The notes below the pieces were generated by a model. That model made no database searches. It was given only the letters and a program-made list of their open reading frames with translations, and was not told where the DNA came from. From positions 1 to 56,962 of IMG/VR virus record IMGVR_UViG_3300043568_000719: DNA of 56,962 nt. The stretch is one strand, 5' to 3'. The translations under genes were made by a program, and so were the position numbers. The first letter of the stretch is position 1, and each line of letters starts with the position of its first letter. Of this stretch, positions 15,892-24,655 are shown piece after piece. Source of the DNA: a virus. Lineage: Duplodnaviria > Caudoviricetes.

Positions 15892-16106
15892 AAAATATCT
15901 TGATAGTCATTGTAGCATTTATAGCAGTGTTTTTGATTGTTATCAACAATTGGGAAGGAACTCCTGGTAGATATTACAATTGCAGAGATATAGATTTTCT
16001 TCCTGATGTACCTCCCCAAGTTAGAACAGAATGTAGAAAGATGATCAAAGAAAGATTAGAGCAACAACGTAAGCAAGAGCGAGATAGGTCAGATTCAATA
16101 ATATGA
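15888..16106 (+). CDS. Small protein with an N-terminal TM anchor
   Basis: Start reassigned to ATG 15888 (ATGA overlap); MKNILIVIVAFIAVFLIVI. Confidence 0.72.
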   Translation: MKNILIVIVAFIAVFLIVINNWEGTPGRYYNCRDIDFLPDVPPQVRTECRKMIKERLEQQRKQERDRSDSII

Positions 16107-16294
16107 ATACCTGGACATTAACTGTTGAAGAAGATGGTATATTATCGTTACCACAGGATCTGCTTGATGCTGCAGGTTGGAAAGAGGGCGATTGCTTACA
16201 TTGGATTGACAATCACGACGGGACTTGGCGGTTAATCAAAGAAGACTTGACAACTTTTATTAATAATGGTATAATAAACAATGACAACAACTAA
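16103..16294 (+). CDS. AbrB/MazE/SpoVT-like DNA-binding protein
   Basis: ILSLPQDLLDAAGWKEGDCLHW pattern. Confidence 0.72.
   Translation: MNTWTLTVEEDGILSLPQDLLDAAGWKEGDCLHWIDNHDGTWRLIKEDLTTFINNGIINNDNN
16247..16275 (+). promoter_or_regulatory. Perfect-consensus sigma70 promoter
   Basis: TTGACA (16247-16252), 17 nt, TG-extended TATAAT (16270-16275). Confidence 0.88.
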
Positions 16295-17543
16295 TACTAA
16301 AGGCTCATGGCCATTTGCTCCGAGCGATGTTCCGGAGCCAACTGCTGAAGAACTTGAAACACAGCGTCTAGCAGAACAGCAAAAACTTATTGAAGTTCTT
16401 AAATTCACACCACGCACATACAAAATTAGTATGTGGGGCTACGGTGGCGAAAAGGTTATGGGCACAGTAGACAAAAAGATTTGGGACTATTGTAATGATA
16501 ATCAAGTCGACTTATCTGAAATTGCTTGGAGTGATGAAGATACTGTACAAGAAGAAATGGGGCTTGACCTAGACATGCTGCCATTTACACCAGGCTCGTG
16601 GTACGAGTGTGACGACATGGGACACATCAATGGTGTGAGTCGCGATGCAGGCACACTTCAAATCGAAGACGAAAATGGTAACACAGTACTGGAACGCTCT
16701 CTAGATAGTATCGACGGAACAGACATCGGTCTGTGTTGCAGTGACGAAGTATGGGCAGGATCAAAGCCCAAAGGCACAGTAGTGTTCATTGGTAGCAGTA
16801 ATGAAAAAGGCACATTCTTTGAAGGCGAAATTGAACTTCGTGCACCTTTTGATATTGAAAAATTAGAATTAAACTACGATGAGTTCGATGGTGAAGATAT
16901 TATTACCAGCGTAACCTACGACGGTGAGGATATTGACAACTGGGGCGGCAGCACAGACGGCAAGAGTTCAGACATGAACATGGTTTTGATTACAGACGAC
17001 CAAGGCAATTGGGAACGCTATTCTCCAGAAGAAAAAGATTGGGGTCATCCTCCAATAGGAACAAGTCCAAGTGACTGGGAAAAGTCACCTAAGTTCAAGT
17101 TTGCCAAAGTTAAACCTACTGTGGAAGGTTGGTATAGTGCAGTGTGGCGCAACTTCGGAACTACCTACGGTACATTATATTGGAACGGTACAGAATTCGG
17201 CGAATGGGAATACGGACAGTTCAAACCGCAGTCAGGAGTTGATACTTGGCAGGGATATAACTGGGACACTGGTTCATGGGTTAATCAGCCACCAGAGCCA
17301 GTAGACGCACAATGCAGTGATAAGAAATGCGGGTGGACTGGTATGCGTAGCGATATGCGTGAAGATGACGACTATAACAATCATTGTCCGTTGTGTGATG
17401 GCACAGAATTTGAATGGATTGACTATGATCCAGACACCAAAGAAGGTCGTGCCAATCGTAAAAAGTATTGCAAAGAATGGGATCCAGCTGTGTCAATGGA
17501 CCGAATTGTCAAAGCATTTCCGAATACAGAGGAAAATAAATGA
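16281..17543 (+). CDS. Acidic hypothetical protein with a C-terminal zinc ribbon
   Basis: 420 aa, Asp/Glu/Trp-rich, CSDKKCGW...CPLC. Confidence 0.85.
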   Translation: MTTTNTKGSWPFAPSDVPEPTAEELETQRLAEQQKLIEVLKFTPRTYKISMWGYGGEKVMGTVDKKIWDYCNDNQVDLSEIAWSDEDTVQEEMGLDLDMLPFTPGSWYECDDMGHINGVSRDAGTLQIEDENGNTVLERSLDSIDGTDIGLCCSDEVWAGSKPKGTVVFIGSSNEKGTFFEGEIELRAPFDIEKLELNYDEFDGEDIITSVTYDGEDIDNWGGSTDGKSSDMNMVLITDDQGNWERYSPEEKDWGHPPIGTSPSDWEKSPKFKFAKVKPTVEGWYSAVWRNFGTTYGTLYWNGTEFGEWEYGQFKPQSGVDTWQGYNWDTGSWVNQPPEPVDAQCSDKKCGWTGMRSDMREDDDYNNHCPLCDGTEFEWIDYDPDTKEGRANRKKYCKEWDPAVSMDRIVKAFPNTEENK

Positions 17544-18403
17544 GTAAAATTAAAATAGCAGAGCTGTTCTACAGCATACAAGGCGAAGGACGTTATATGG
17601 GTGTTCCTTCTGTTTTCTTGCGTACATTTGGGTGTAACTTCAAGTGTGCTGGCTTTGGCATGCCTCGTGGTGAAATCAGTCACGAGGCTACTGACATTGC
17701 GGCCACACACTCAATGATCGAATCATTTCAAACGTATGAAGAACTTCCGTTAGTTAGCACAGGCTGTGACAGCTATGCATCATGGATGCCAGAGTTTAAA
17801 GATCTTAGTCCGATGCTTACTTCAGATGCAATAGCAGAACGTATCATGGAAATCTTACCTTACAAGCGTTGGGAAGACGAACATCTTGTTATTACAGGCG
17901 GCGAACCGTTACTAGGTTGGCAACGTGCTTATCCAGATCTGTTGAATCATCCGAGCATGACAGGTCTTAAAGAAATTACGTTTGAAACAAACGGTACTCA
18001 GAAACTCACACCAGAGTTTAAAACATTCTTACAAGAGTGGAACCAGAATCCTCCATTTGTTTCTAGAGAAGTTACATTTTCAGTCAGTGCCAAACTCAGC
18101 TGTTCAGGCGAAGAAAGGCACGAAGCGATAAAGCCAGATGTTGTTTGTGAATATCAAGAAGTTGGTAATACCTATCTTAAGTTAGTTATTGCTACAGAAG
18201 AAGATGCTGAAGAAGCTCTAGAAACTCTAGATATATATCGAGCAGAAGGATTCACCGGACATTGTTATCTCATGCCTGTGGGCGGAGTTGAATCAGTGTA
18301 CACGCTAAATAACCGTCGTGTAGCAGAATTAGCAATGAAACACGGACTTAGGTACAGTGATAGACTACAAGTGCCGTTATTTAAAAATGAGTGGGGAACA
18401 TAA
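17540..18403 (+). CDS. queE: 7-carboxy-7-deazaguanine synthase (radical SAM)
   Basis: ELFYSIQGEG, VFLRTFGCNFKC...GCDS, VITGGEPLL, FETNGT, SVSAKL, YLMP and RYSDRLQV motifs. Confidence 0.92.
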   Translation: MSKIKIAELFYSIQGEGRYMGVPSVFLRTFGCNFKCAGFGMPRGEISHEATDIAATHSMIESFQTYEELPLVSTGCDSYASWMPEFKDLSPMLTSDAIAERIMEILPYKRWEDEHLVITGGEPLLGWQRAYPDLLNHPSMTGLKEITFETNGTQKLTPEFKTFLQEWNQNPPFVSREVTFSVSAKLSCSGEERHEAIKPDVVCEYQEVGNTYLKLVIATEEDAEEALETLDIYRAEGFTGHCYLMPVGGVESVYTLNNRRVAELAMKHGLRYSDRLQVPLFKNEWGT

Positions 18404-18843
18404 TGAATAAATGGATTGAAAAATTATTTGGTATTGATAAGATCAGAGCAGAAGCTGAACGATCTGCAATCATCGCAGCCGAGGCTGCTGAAACAGCCAA
18501 AGCAGCCACTGCGGCTGCTGAACGTGCCACAGAAGCAGAAGCACAGGCTAAACTATCACCAAAAGAACGTGCAACACGCAAAAAAGAACCGTGGGTAGGT
18601 GTACTCGAAACACATGTCAACAAAGATAATGTGCGTAATGGCTTTTTTGAGCTTGACTGGAACGACCTTTTTGTGTTAAAATTAAAGCAAGAGGGATACG
18701 GTGAGGACGGGGATAAAGACGAAGAAATTATAGATCGTTGGTTCCGTGAACTGTGTGCCAATGTAGTAGTTGATGGTGATTTTGGCGGTCCTGTAAACAC
18801 AGGCTTAATTGATATTAAAACAGTAAAGAAAGACAATCTATGA
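18403..18843 (+). CDS. Hypothetical protein
   Basis: Start reassigned to ATG 18403; Ala-rich coil followed by a GFFELDWN domain. Confidence 0.8.
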   Translation: MNKWIEKLFGIDKIRAEAERSAIIAAEAAETAKAATAAAERATEAEAQAKLSPKERATRKKEPWVGVLETHVNKDNVRNGFFELDWNDLFVLKLKQEGYGEDGDKDEEIIDRWFRELCANVVVDGDFGGPVNTGLIDIKTVKKDNL

Positions 18844-19847
18844 CATATATCTTAGTTGATACAGCAAACACATTCTTTCGTGCTCGGCACGTTATCAACG
18901 GTGACGCTGATATTAAACTAGGCATGGCGTTTCATATTACTTTAAACAGCATTCGCAAAGCATGGCAGCAGTTCGAAGGTAGCCATGTTATCTTCTGCTT
19001 AGAGGGGCGTAGCTGGCGGAAAGATTACTATACTCCTTACAAAGCTCAACGTGCTGCTCAACGTGCTGCTCACACAGAACGTGAAGCAGACGAAGAAAAG
19101 ATCTTCTGGGAAGCATTTGATACATTCAAAGACTTTATCGCAGAAAAGACCAACTGTACTGTGCTACAAAATCCACGCCTCGAAGCAGATGATTTAATTG
19201 CTGGTTGGATACAAACGCATCCAAATGACAAACATGTGATCATTAGCACAGACACAGACTTTGTTCAATTGATTGCACCCAATGTCACGCAGTACAACGG
19301 TGTCATGGAACATGTTATCACTGACAAAGGAATATTTGATGACAAAGGTAAAGCAGTCATTGACAAGAAAACACAAGAGCCTAAGCCCGCACCTAATCCA
19401 GAATGGCTATTGTTCGAAAAATGCATGCGTGGTGATACCAGTGATAATGTCTTCTCAGCGTATCCGGGTGTACGTACTAAAGGCACAAGCAAAAAAGTGG
19501 GTCTTACTGAAGCGTTCGAAGATCGTAACAGCAAAGGATATGCGTGGAACAATCTCATGCTTCAGAGGTGGTCTGACCATAATGGAGTAGAACATCGAGT
19601 GCTAGAAGATTATGAACGCAATCGTCGACTGATTGATCTAACACACCAGCCTGATGACATTAAAGAGGTAATTGCAAATACCATTACCACTGCTACCGCT
19701 GAACAAAAGAATGTGAGTCAAGTTGGTATAAGATTAATCAAGTTCTGTAATCTATGGGATTTGAAAAAGATTGCTGATCAGGCACAGAGTTATGCAGAAC
19801 CACTTAATGCGAGATACGTCAATGAAACTCAAACTTTGTCAGTATGA
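18840..19847 (+). CDS. rnh: RNase H / 5'-3' exonuclease (T4 rnh-like, FEN family)
   Basis: YILVD, SWRK, YKAQR, LEADDLIA, ISTDTDFVQL, RGDTSDNV, RNRRLIDL. Confidence 0.9.
   Translation: MTYILVDTANTFFRARHVINGDADIKLGMAFHITLNSIRKAWQQFEGSHVIFCLEGRSWRKDYYTPYKAQRAAQRAAHTEREADEEKIFWEAFDTFKDFIAEKTNCTVLQNPRLEADDLIAGWIQTHPNDKHVIISTDTDFVQLIAPNVTQYNGVMEHVITDKGIFDDKGKAVIDKKTQEPKPAPNPEWLLFEKCMRGDTSDNVFSAYPGVRTKGTSKKVGLTEAFEDRNSKGYAWNNLMLQRWSDHNGVEHRVLEDYERNRRLIDLTHQPDDIKEVIANTITTATAEQKNVSQVGIRLIKFCNLWDLKKIADQAQSYAEPLNARYVNETQTLSV
19044..19072 (+). repeat. In-frame 12-nt tandem repeat (GCTCAACGTGCT x2.4)
   Basis: Encodes AQRA-AQRA-AH inside the exonuclease gene. Confidence 0.7.
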
Positions 19848-19890
19848 AGACACCTGTGAAATTAAAACAGATACCTGTTGGGAGAACACA

Positions 19891-20367
19891 ATGACAGACA
19901 TACATGCTAAACCTATCATAGCAAATAAATTTTGGATTGTAGAAGCAAATGGCGAGAAGATTGCTACCTTGAGAAAGGATGATGATAACAGATTTTTTAT
20001 GAGTAATGAGACAGGCGTAACAATTTACGAAACCAAAGATAGTTTAACCAAACAGTTTGGTAAAAAGTTTTTCACTGTAAAGATTGTCAAAGAAGCCGAC
20101 ACAGCATTGCCTAATGAAGTTCATGGGTATGCCACCAGTGCCGAGCCGCACAATGCCATGTTTGACATTCGCAAGAAACTTCCCTTGTTCACAAAAAGCA
20201 GCGATTCAAAAAGTTTATATTGTGCGGGTTACTACTGTATAAAATTTGATAAAGGCTGGGTCAAAAGTTTTTGTCCCAAAAAGATCACACTGGAACGATA
20301 TCCATATAAAGGTCCGTTCAAGACAGAATTAGAAATGAAACAGGTATTGGCCAATGTCACAAAATAA
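19891..20367 (+). CDS. Hypothetical protein
   Basis: GGAG SD before ATG 19891 (MTDIHAKP...); an upstream in-frame ATG is also possible. Confidence 0.78.
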   Translation: MTDIHAKPIIANKFWIVEANGEKIATLRKDDDNRFFMSNETGVTIYETKDSLTKQFGKKFFTVKIVKEADTALPNEVHGYATSAEPHNAMFDIRKKLPLFTKSSDSKSLYCAGYYCIKFDKGWVKSFCPKKITLERYPYKGPFKTELEMKQVLANVTK

Positions 20368-20602
20368 TCTGCCAACTACATTACCTACTATACAGAAACT
20401 ACTACAGCGAATTCAAGTAGCTGAACGTAGCCAGCAAAAAGAAATACGCATAAGTCTACAAGAAGCTAGAGATCTAACTTCAGAATTAGCCCTTATGACT
20501 GTGAAGCTAGGACTAACTGTTACTGAAATACACCAAATGCTGGTGGCAATCAAAGAATCTACCACTCAAATAGACGTTAAATTCGACGGCGGACAGTTCT
20601 AA
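20354..20602 (+). CDS. Hypothetical protein
   Basis: Helical, ends in DGGQF. Confidence 0.75.
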   Translation: MSQNNLPTTLPTIQKLLQRIQVAERSQQKEIRISLQEARDLTSELALMTVKLGLTVTEIHQMLVAIKESTTQIDVKFDGGQF

Positions 20603-20607
20603 AAAAA

Positions 20608-20646
20608 CATAAATATATACGTGGTTAATTAGGAAACACGTATATG
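20608..20646 (+). promoter_or_regulatory. Late-like promoter (CATAAATA) plus a 9-bp hairpin covering the start codon
   Basis: ATATACGTG (20615-20623) pairs with CACGTATAT (20637-20645); the AGGA SD lies in the loop. Confidence 0.62.
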
Positions 20647-20928
20647 AGCAGACCCAAACCTAAAATTCTTTTAGAATATGCTAACAAAGAAACCTACAAG
20701 GTTGAGCAGATCCTTGACTCGGAAGCTATCTGGGCCGTGTTCTATAACGGCCAGCCGTTCAACCTCAAAAGCGGTAGTCTGGTAGCCAGCTATCCTGGAC
20801 CAAAATATAAAAAAGTCTCATTTTCAAATCCAGGACATGCACACAATTTGGCAAAGAAATTAAATCGATTATTCAAGACCAAAGACTTTGCTGTGTACAA
20901 ACTCACAGCAGGTGAAGAGATTAAGTGA
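20644..20928 (+). CDS. Basic hypothetical protein
   Basis: MSRPKPKILLE...YPGPKYKKVSFSNPGHAHNLA; 94 aa. Confidence 0.82.
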   Translation: MSRPKPKILLEYANKETYKVEQILDSEAIWAVFYNGQPFNLKSGSLVASYPGPKYKKVSFSNPGHAHNLAKKLNRLFKTKDFAVYKLTAGEEIK

Positions 20929-20929
20929 C

Positions 20930-21328
20930 ATGAACAAAGATGCCTATACCAAGGCGTTCTTACAGGCAGCAGAATTACCCGTCAATGAAAAAAATATCAA
21001 AGACTATAAAGCTGTGTGGTGGTGGAGTTTTAGAAAGAAAGATCAAGGCGGATTAAGATTGACTGAACAGGCCTTGGAATTCATCGAAGAACATGCTAAA
21101 ATAAAAACTTACAAGATAGAATTTCCCAAAGAATTTGCGTTTACTCCGCAGGTGTTACTTTGGTTAGATAACTACATCGATTCACCATTTTTCGTCAACA
21201 AGAAACATATCATTGTCATGAAAGAAAAAGCCGCTTTTGAACTATATCTGCTTAGTGGTGATGTTCGTAAATTAGGACACAGTAGAGCAATGAGCAAAAG
21301 ACTTAGCCAAGAATCCACCCCCGAATAA
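20930..21328 (+). CDS. Hypothetical protein
   Basis: Start reassigned to ATG 20930, right after the upstream stop. Confidence 0.78.
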   Translation: MNKDAYTKAFLQAAELPVNEKNIKDYKAVWWWSFRKKDQGGLRLTEQALEFIEEHAKIKTYKIEFPKEFAFTPQVLLWLDNYIDSPFFVNKKHIIVMKEKAAFELYLLSGDVRKLGHSRAMSKRLSQESTPE

Positions 21329-21336
21329 TCCCCCCG

Positions 21337-21344
21337 TATAAATA
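21337..21344 (+). promoter_or_regulatory. T4-type late promoter TATAAATA
   Basis: Exact T4 late consensus, intergenic, 8 nt before ATG 21353. Confidence 0.68.
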
Positions 21345-21352
21345 TTTTCACT

Positions 21353-21622
21353 ATGTTTGACCTTAATCCAATGGACGTACTACAACAGCGCAAGCTGAAG
21401 ACTGTGGCTCCACATTTCGCTGAATTGAATATTACAGATTCTGAGATATTTGAAGGTATCGAAGACTGGATTAAAGTCAAGCTCAAGGGCAGGTATTATA
21501 TCTGCAAAAAACCTGCTCTGGACAAGAGTGGGAATCTTAGATCTTCACATTTTGTAGGATTTGAAGATCAAAAAGAATTAACTTATTTCATGCTTGCATG
21601 CCCACACCTAAGGAGAAATTAA
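21353..21622 (+). CDS. Hypothetical protein
   Basis: 89-aa ORF with no SD, directly after TATAAATA. Confidence 0.78.
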   Translation: MFDLNPMDVLQQRKLKTVAPHFAELNITDSEIFEGIEDWIKVKLKGRYYICKKPALDKSGNLRSSHFVGFEDQKELTYFMLACPHLRRN

Positions 21623-21870
21623 TGTCAGAAGAAGTTAAAGAACAAGTCGCAGCACCAGCTGAAGGTCAGCCAGGAACAACTAATCCTGCTCCAGAAGCAC
21701 CAGCAGCACAAGGTCCTGATCTTAACATCAGCGATCTGTTGGCTGTGAAAAATATCATCGAAGTTGCAACAAGCAGAGGAGCGTTCAAAGCAGCAGAATT
21801 GGAAGCAGTTGGTAAAAGTTTTAACAAACTAAATTCCTTCCTTGAAGCTGTATCTAAAAAGGAAGCCTAA
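21622..21870 (+). CDS. Hypothetical protein
   Basis: AGGAG SD, ATG 21622; Pro/Ala-rich N-terminus then LNISDL...SRGAFKAAE. Confidence 0.8.
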   Translation: MSEEVKEQVAAPAEGQPGTTNPAPEAPAAQGPDLNISDLLAVKNIIEVATSRGAFKAAELEAVGKSFNKLNSFLEAVSKKEA

Positions 21871-22521
21871 ATGAAAAGCCTTAAACACATAGGTAGAATT
21901 CAAAACACAGGTGCCAAAGTATTGGTAGTGTTTAGAACGTTGCCCGGAGAGTCAAACATGGCTCTAGTATTACCTGTAGCTCAACTGCCAGATCAATATC
22001 ATGATTCAATTATGACTTTGGTAGAAACAGACCAAGCGCAGGATGCATTTGAGTTTGGCGAGATCATGCACATACGCCCATTCCCGGATGGTAGACCTAT
22101 GTTGCGGGCCATGCAAGCAGACGGTAGATTAATCAAAGTAGCCACTGATGCTGTAATGATGATGCCTACTACCAACGATACTGTGCTGTTAGCTAATCTC
22201 AACACACTGATTGCGGAACAGAAGAACTGTACTGTGGACGATCTATGCACATTTGTAGCAGGTGCGCCGTCTGCTAAAGCCGAAGTCAAAGATGTAGCTT
22301 CAGTAAACGATACAACTCCTGCGGTTGATACTGATATCCCTGCTCCAGTACGTGCTCAAGCTGCCGCCAACGAAGCATTATCTGACAAAGATATTGCCAA
22401 AAGCTATCGAAGTCAGGCAGATGCTATGTACAAAGAAGCGGCGAGATTACGTAAGGAAGCAGAAGAACTCGATCCTACTGTAAAGAAAACCAAAAAGGTA
22501 GAAGAATCTGTTGATGCCTAA
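21871..22521 (+). CDS. Hypothetical protein
   Basis: 216 aa, AGGA SD. Confidence 0.82.
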   Translation: MKSLKHIGRIQNTGAKVLVVFRTLPGESNMALVLPVAQLPDQYHDSIMTLVETDQAQDAFEFGEIMHIRPFPDGRPMLRAMQADGRLIKVATDAVMMMPTTNDTVLLANLNTLIAEQKNCTVDDLCTFVAGAPSAKAEVKDVASVNDTTPAVDTDIPAPVRAQAAANEALSDKDIAKSYRSQADAMYKEAARLRKEAEELDPTVKKTKKVEESVDA

Positions 22522-22819
22522 TCCTTTGTTCAAACCTCCTCGACATCTTGTAAAAGAATGGCCAGAGGTTTTTGAAGATCTTTATATGAATACCATGCCT
22601 GTGGCCTATCTGGATTCCGTGAGATTAGATTTCACAGATGGCCGGGTATGGGAAATCGATGTAAAGAATGAACTCACCAAACAGACTGCTGACGGCATCG
22701 CTGATGTGTTGATCAGTACTCTTCAAGAATACAAAGACGAAATTAAAAAAATAGATTTCAAAGTTGATGTAGAAAGACTTAAAAAAGACATCAGAGATTC
22801 GTCAAAAAACATTTTTTAA
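22514..22819 (+). CDS. Hypothetical protein, last gene of the + arm
   Basis: ATG at 22514 (TTG at 22511 is an alternative); stop overlaps the convergent stop. Confidence 0.78.
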   Translation: MPNPLFKPPRHLVKEWPEVFEDLYMNTMPVAYLDSVRLDFTDGRVWEIDVKNELTKQTADGIADVLISTLQEYKDEIKKIDFKVDVERLKKDIRDSSKNIF

Positions 22820-23613
22820 GTAATATTCTCTGCTATAAGGTCAGCCATTTGTTTGGCTGATCCCTTTCCTGGGTGTATTAAATCTCGAGCTTGATTGTCA
22901 ATAGACACCCAATCACTTTCTGTATAATGTGCTGTGGCTTCAAAAAAACTTGCAGAATAGTATCTACATTTGTTTTTCCAAAACTCTCTACTAGACATAC
23001 TTGTGTAGGCAGCAGTGAGCATTGATTGATATGGATTCATAACTATACTCTCGGAAAAATGTTCGCTGTCCCAAGGACCTATGTGTTCGATATCTTGTTT
23101 ATTGAATACTGTGAATCTATCGATGTTTGTCCATAAATGTATCACAGCATAAGGTGTTGTAAAATTCTTAGCCAGCAACATAGAATTTATAAAAGAGTGT
23201 TGCATTGATGACGCACTGACTCCCATGTTTATCACCGGTCTGTTTAATATAGTCGACAGCTGGTAAGAAATTGTTTCATCCTCAGCCAGGCCAACGCCAA
23301 CAGTGCATGAACATCCAAATATAACCACTGCATTGGGCCAATCGATTGTGTCCCACTCGTCCGCTCTATATCCATTAGAATTACAATTATATCTAACATC
23401 CTTAGTTCTATAGTGCCAATCAGATGGCTGCGTTTTGAGATTCTGCTTAAGAAGATCAGGCGAGTCACTTGATGAAAACTTATCAGAAAGCGGCGTCGGA
23501 ATGTCAAAAGTTTTTAAGACGGTATAATCAAGATGTGTTAACAAATTTGCTTTGAGGAAAGGATATTTGAGAAAATATTCAGGATATTTTTCTGCACCGC
23601 TCCAGTTATACAT
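22816..23613 (-). CDS. SGNH/GDSL-like hydrolase or acyltransferase-fold protein
   Basis: Block I-like IFGCSCTVGVG, INMGVSASS, C-terminal RDLIHPG (DxxH). Confidence 0.65.
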   Translation of the reverse strand: MYNWSGAEKYPEYFLKYPFLKANLLTHLDYTVLKTFDIPTPLSDKFSSSDSPDLLKQNLKTQPSDWHYRTKDVRYNCNSNGYRADEWDTIDWPNAVVIFGCSCTVGVGLAEDETISYQLSTILNRPVINMGVSASSMQHSFINSMLLAKNFTTPYAVIHLWTNIDRFTVFNKQDIEHIGPWDSEHFSESIVMNPYQSMLTAAYTSMSSREFWKNKCRYYSASFFEATAHYTESDWVSIDNQARDLIHPGKGSAKQMADLIAENIT

Positions 23614-23614
23614 T

Positions 23615-24655
23615 TCAAGCTCCTATAATAAACTTATGTAGTTCGTGGGCAAACAAATCATGCCCCTTGGCACTGGGGTGGCAACACACTGTTACCCAAT
23701 GATTAGGTGTGCCTTTACCGTTGAAATCCCAGAATCCCACGTTCTTTATTCCTTCTTGGTTAAGGCATAAATCTATAAAGGTTGGGCAGTCTTGAGGCTT
23801 AAACATTTTATCCCACGGCCATTGATTTACAATAGCGTCAAGAGTTTGTTCTTTGTTTTTATCAAGAATCTGCATGCTGGCTGTGTGTTCAACATGCTTG
23901 GTTATTTTTTGATTCTCGTCACGAACAATATTCCAACGAATCATATTTTTAAAATCAGTTTGAGTATATGTTCTATCGAAACCAGGAGTAATAATTAATT
24001 TTGCGTTTTTTAACTTACACCAGTTCTCTAATTCAATGACATTAGATATTTGTTCTAACATGCTGGATTTTTCGCTGTGTACTGCGGTACCATATCCTTT
24101 CCACAATGTTTTACGCGGACTGTCTGGTTGATCTTCGTGCCACGGCCACATACAATGAAACTTGGCGATCTCATTACTGTCGTTACCCAACTCATCACTA
24201 AGGAAATCAAAACGCTCAGGGCCGCTTGGCACATAGATTACAACAAGTTCATCAATGTTATGCCAGTCTATCTGAGGATGAAAGTATAGACTCTTAATAG
24301 ATGCTCTATTACCTTTGCCTTTGAGTCCAAAATTGATAGCGGTATACTCGGAATTAAAATATTTTTTACAAAGCACATTCACAAATGCATTTTTATGTTG
24401 CATAAATGTCCAATCAATGTTACCCTTGTTATCAATTCTTAATTCTTTGTGTGCTAACAACAGCTTGGATTTTTCTGCGTCTGTTAGAATAGGTTCCATA
24501 GGAACGCCTGTCTTTAGCATAGACCAATCATGTGTTTCATAGATATCTTGATCTATCGCCCCCTGGCCTTCTACAAATGAACAGCCTAAACTAATTATAG
24601 CTTTTCGTGTTCTTTTCAACTCACTGTTTATTGCGGCAATCTCGATGTTATGCAT
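23615..24655 (-). CDS. SGNH/GDSL-like protein
   Basis: SLGCSFVEGQG, INFGLKGKGN, C-terminal CCHPSAKGHDLFA; start reassigned to ATG 24655. Confidence 0.62.
   Translation of the reverse strand: MHNIEIAAINSELKRTRKAIISLGCSFVEGQGAIDQDIYETHDWSMLKTGVPMEPILTDAEKSKLLLAHKELRIDNKGNIDWTFMQHKNAFVNVLCKKYFNSEYTAINFGLKGKGNRASIKSLYFHPQIDWHNIDELVVIYVPSGPERFDFLSDELGNDSNEIAKFHCMWPWHEDQPDSPRKTLWKGYGTAVHSEKSSMLEQISNVIELENWCKLKNAKLIITPGFDRTYTQTDFKNMIRWNIVRDENQKITKHVEHTASMQILDKNKEQTLDAIVNQWPWDKMFKPQDCPTFIDLCLNQEGIKNVGFWDFNGKGTPNHWVTVCCHPSAKGHDLFAHELHKFIIGA

Noticed and set aside
16103-16294. Toxin-antitoxin module around the AbrB/MazE-like gene
   Set aside because: No recognisable MazF, VapC or other toxin is adjacent.
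17540-18403. NrdG (anaerobic RNR activase) or a pseudogene lacking the third Cys
   Set aside because: SIQGEG, ETNGT and the C-terminal motifs are QueE-type, and a displaced GCDS supplies the third Cys.
19044-19072. 12-nt tandem repeat as a regulatory or phase-variable element
   Set aside because: It is in frame, has only about 2.4 copies and simply encodes an Ala-rich helix.
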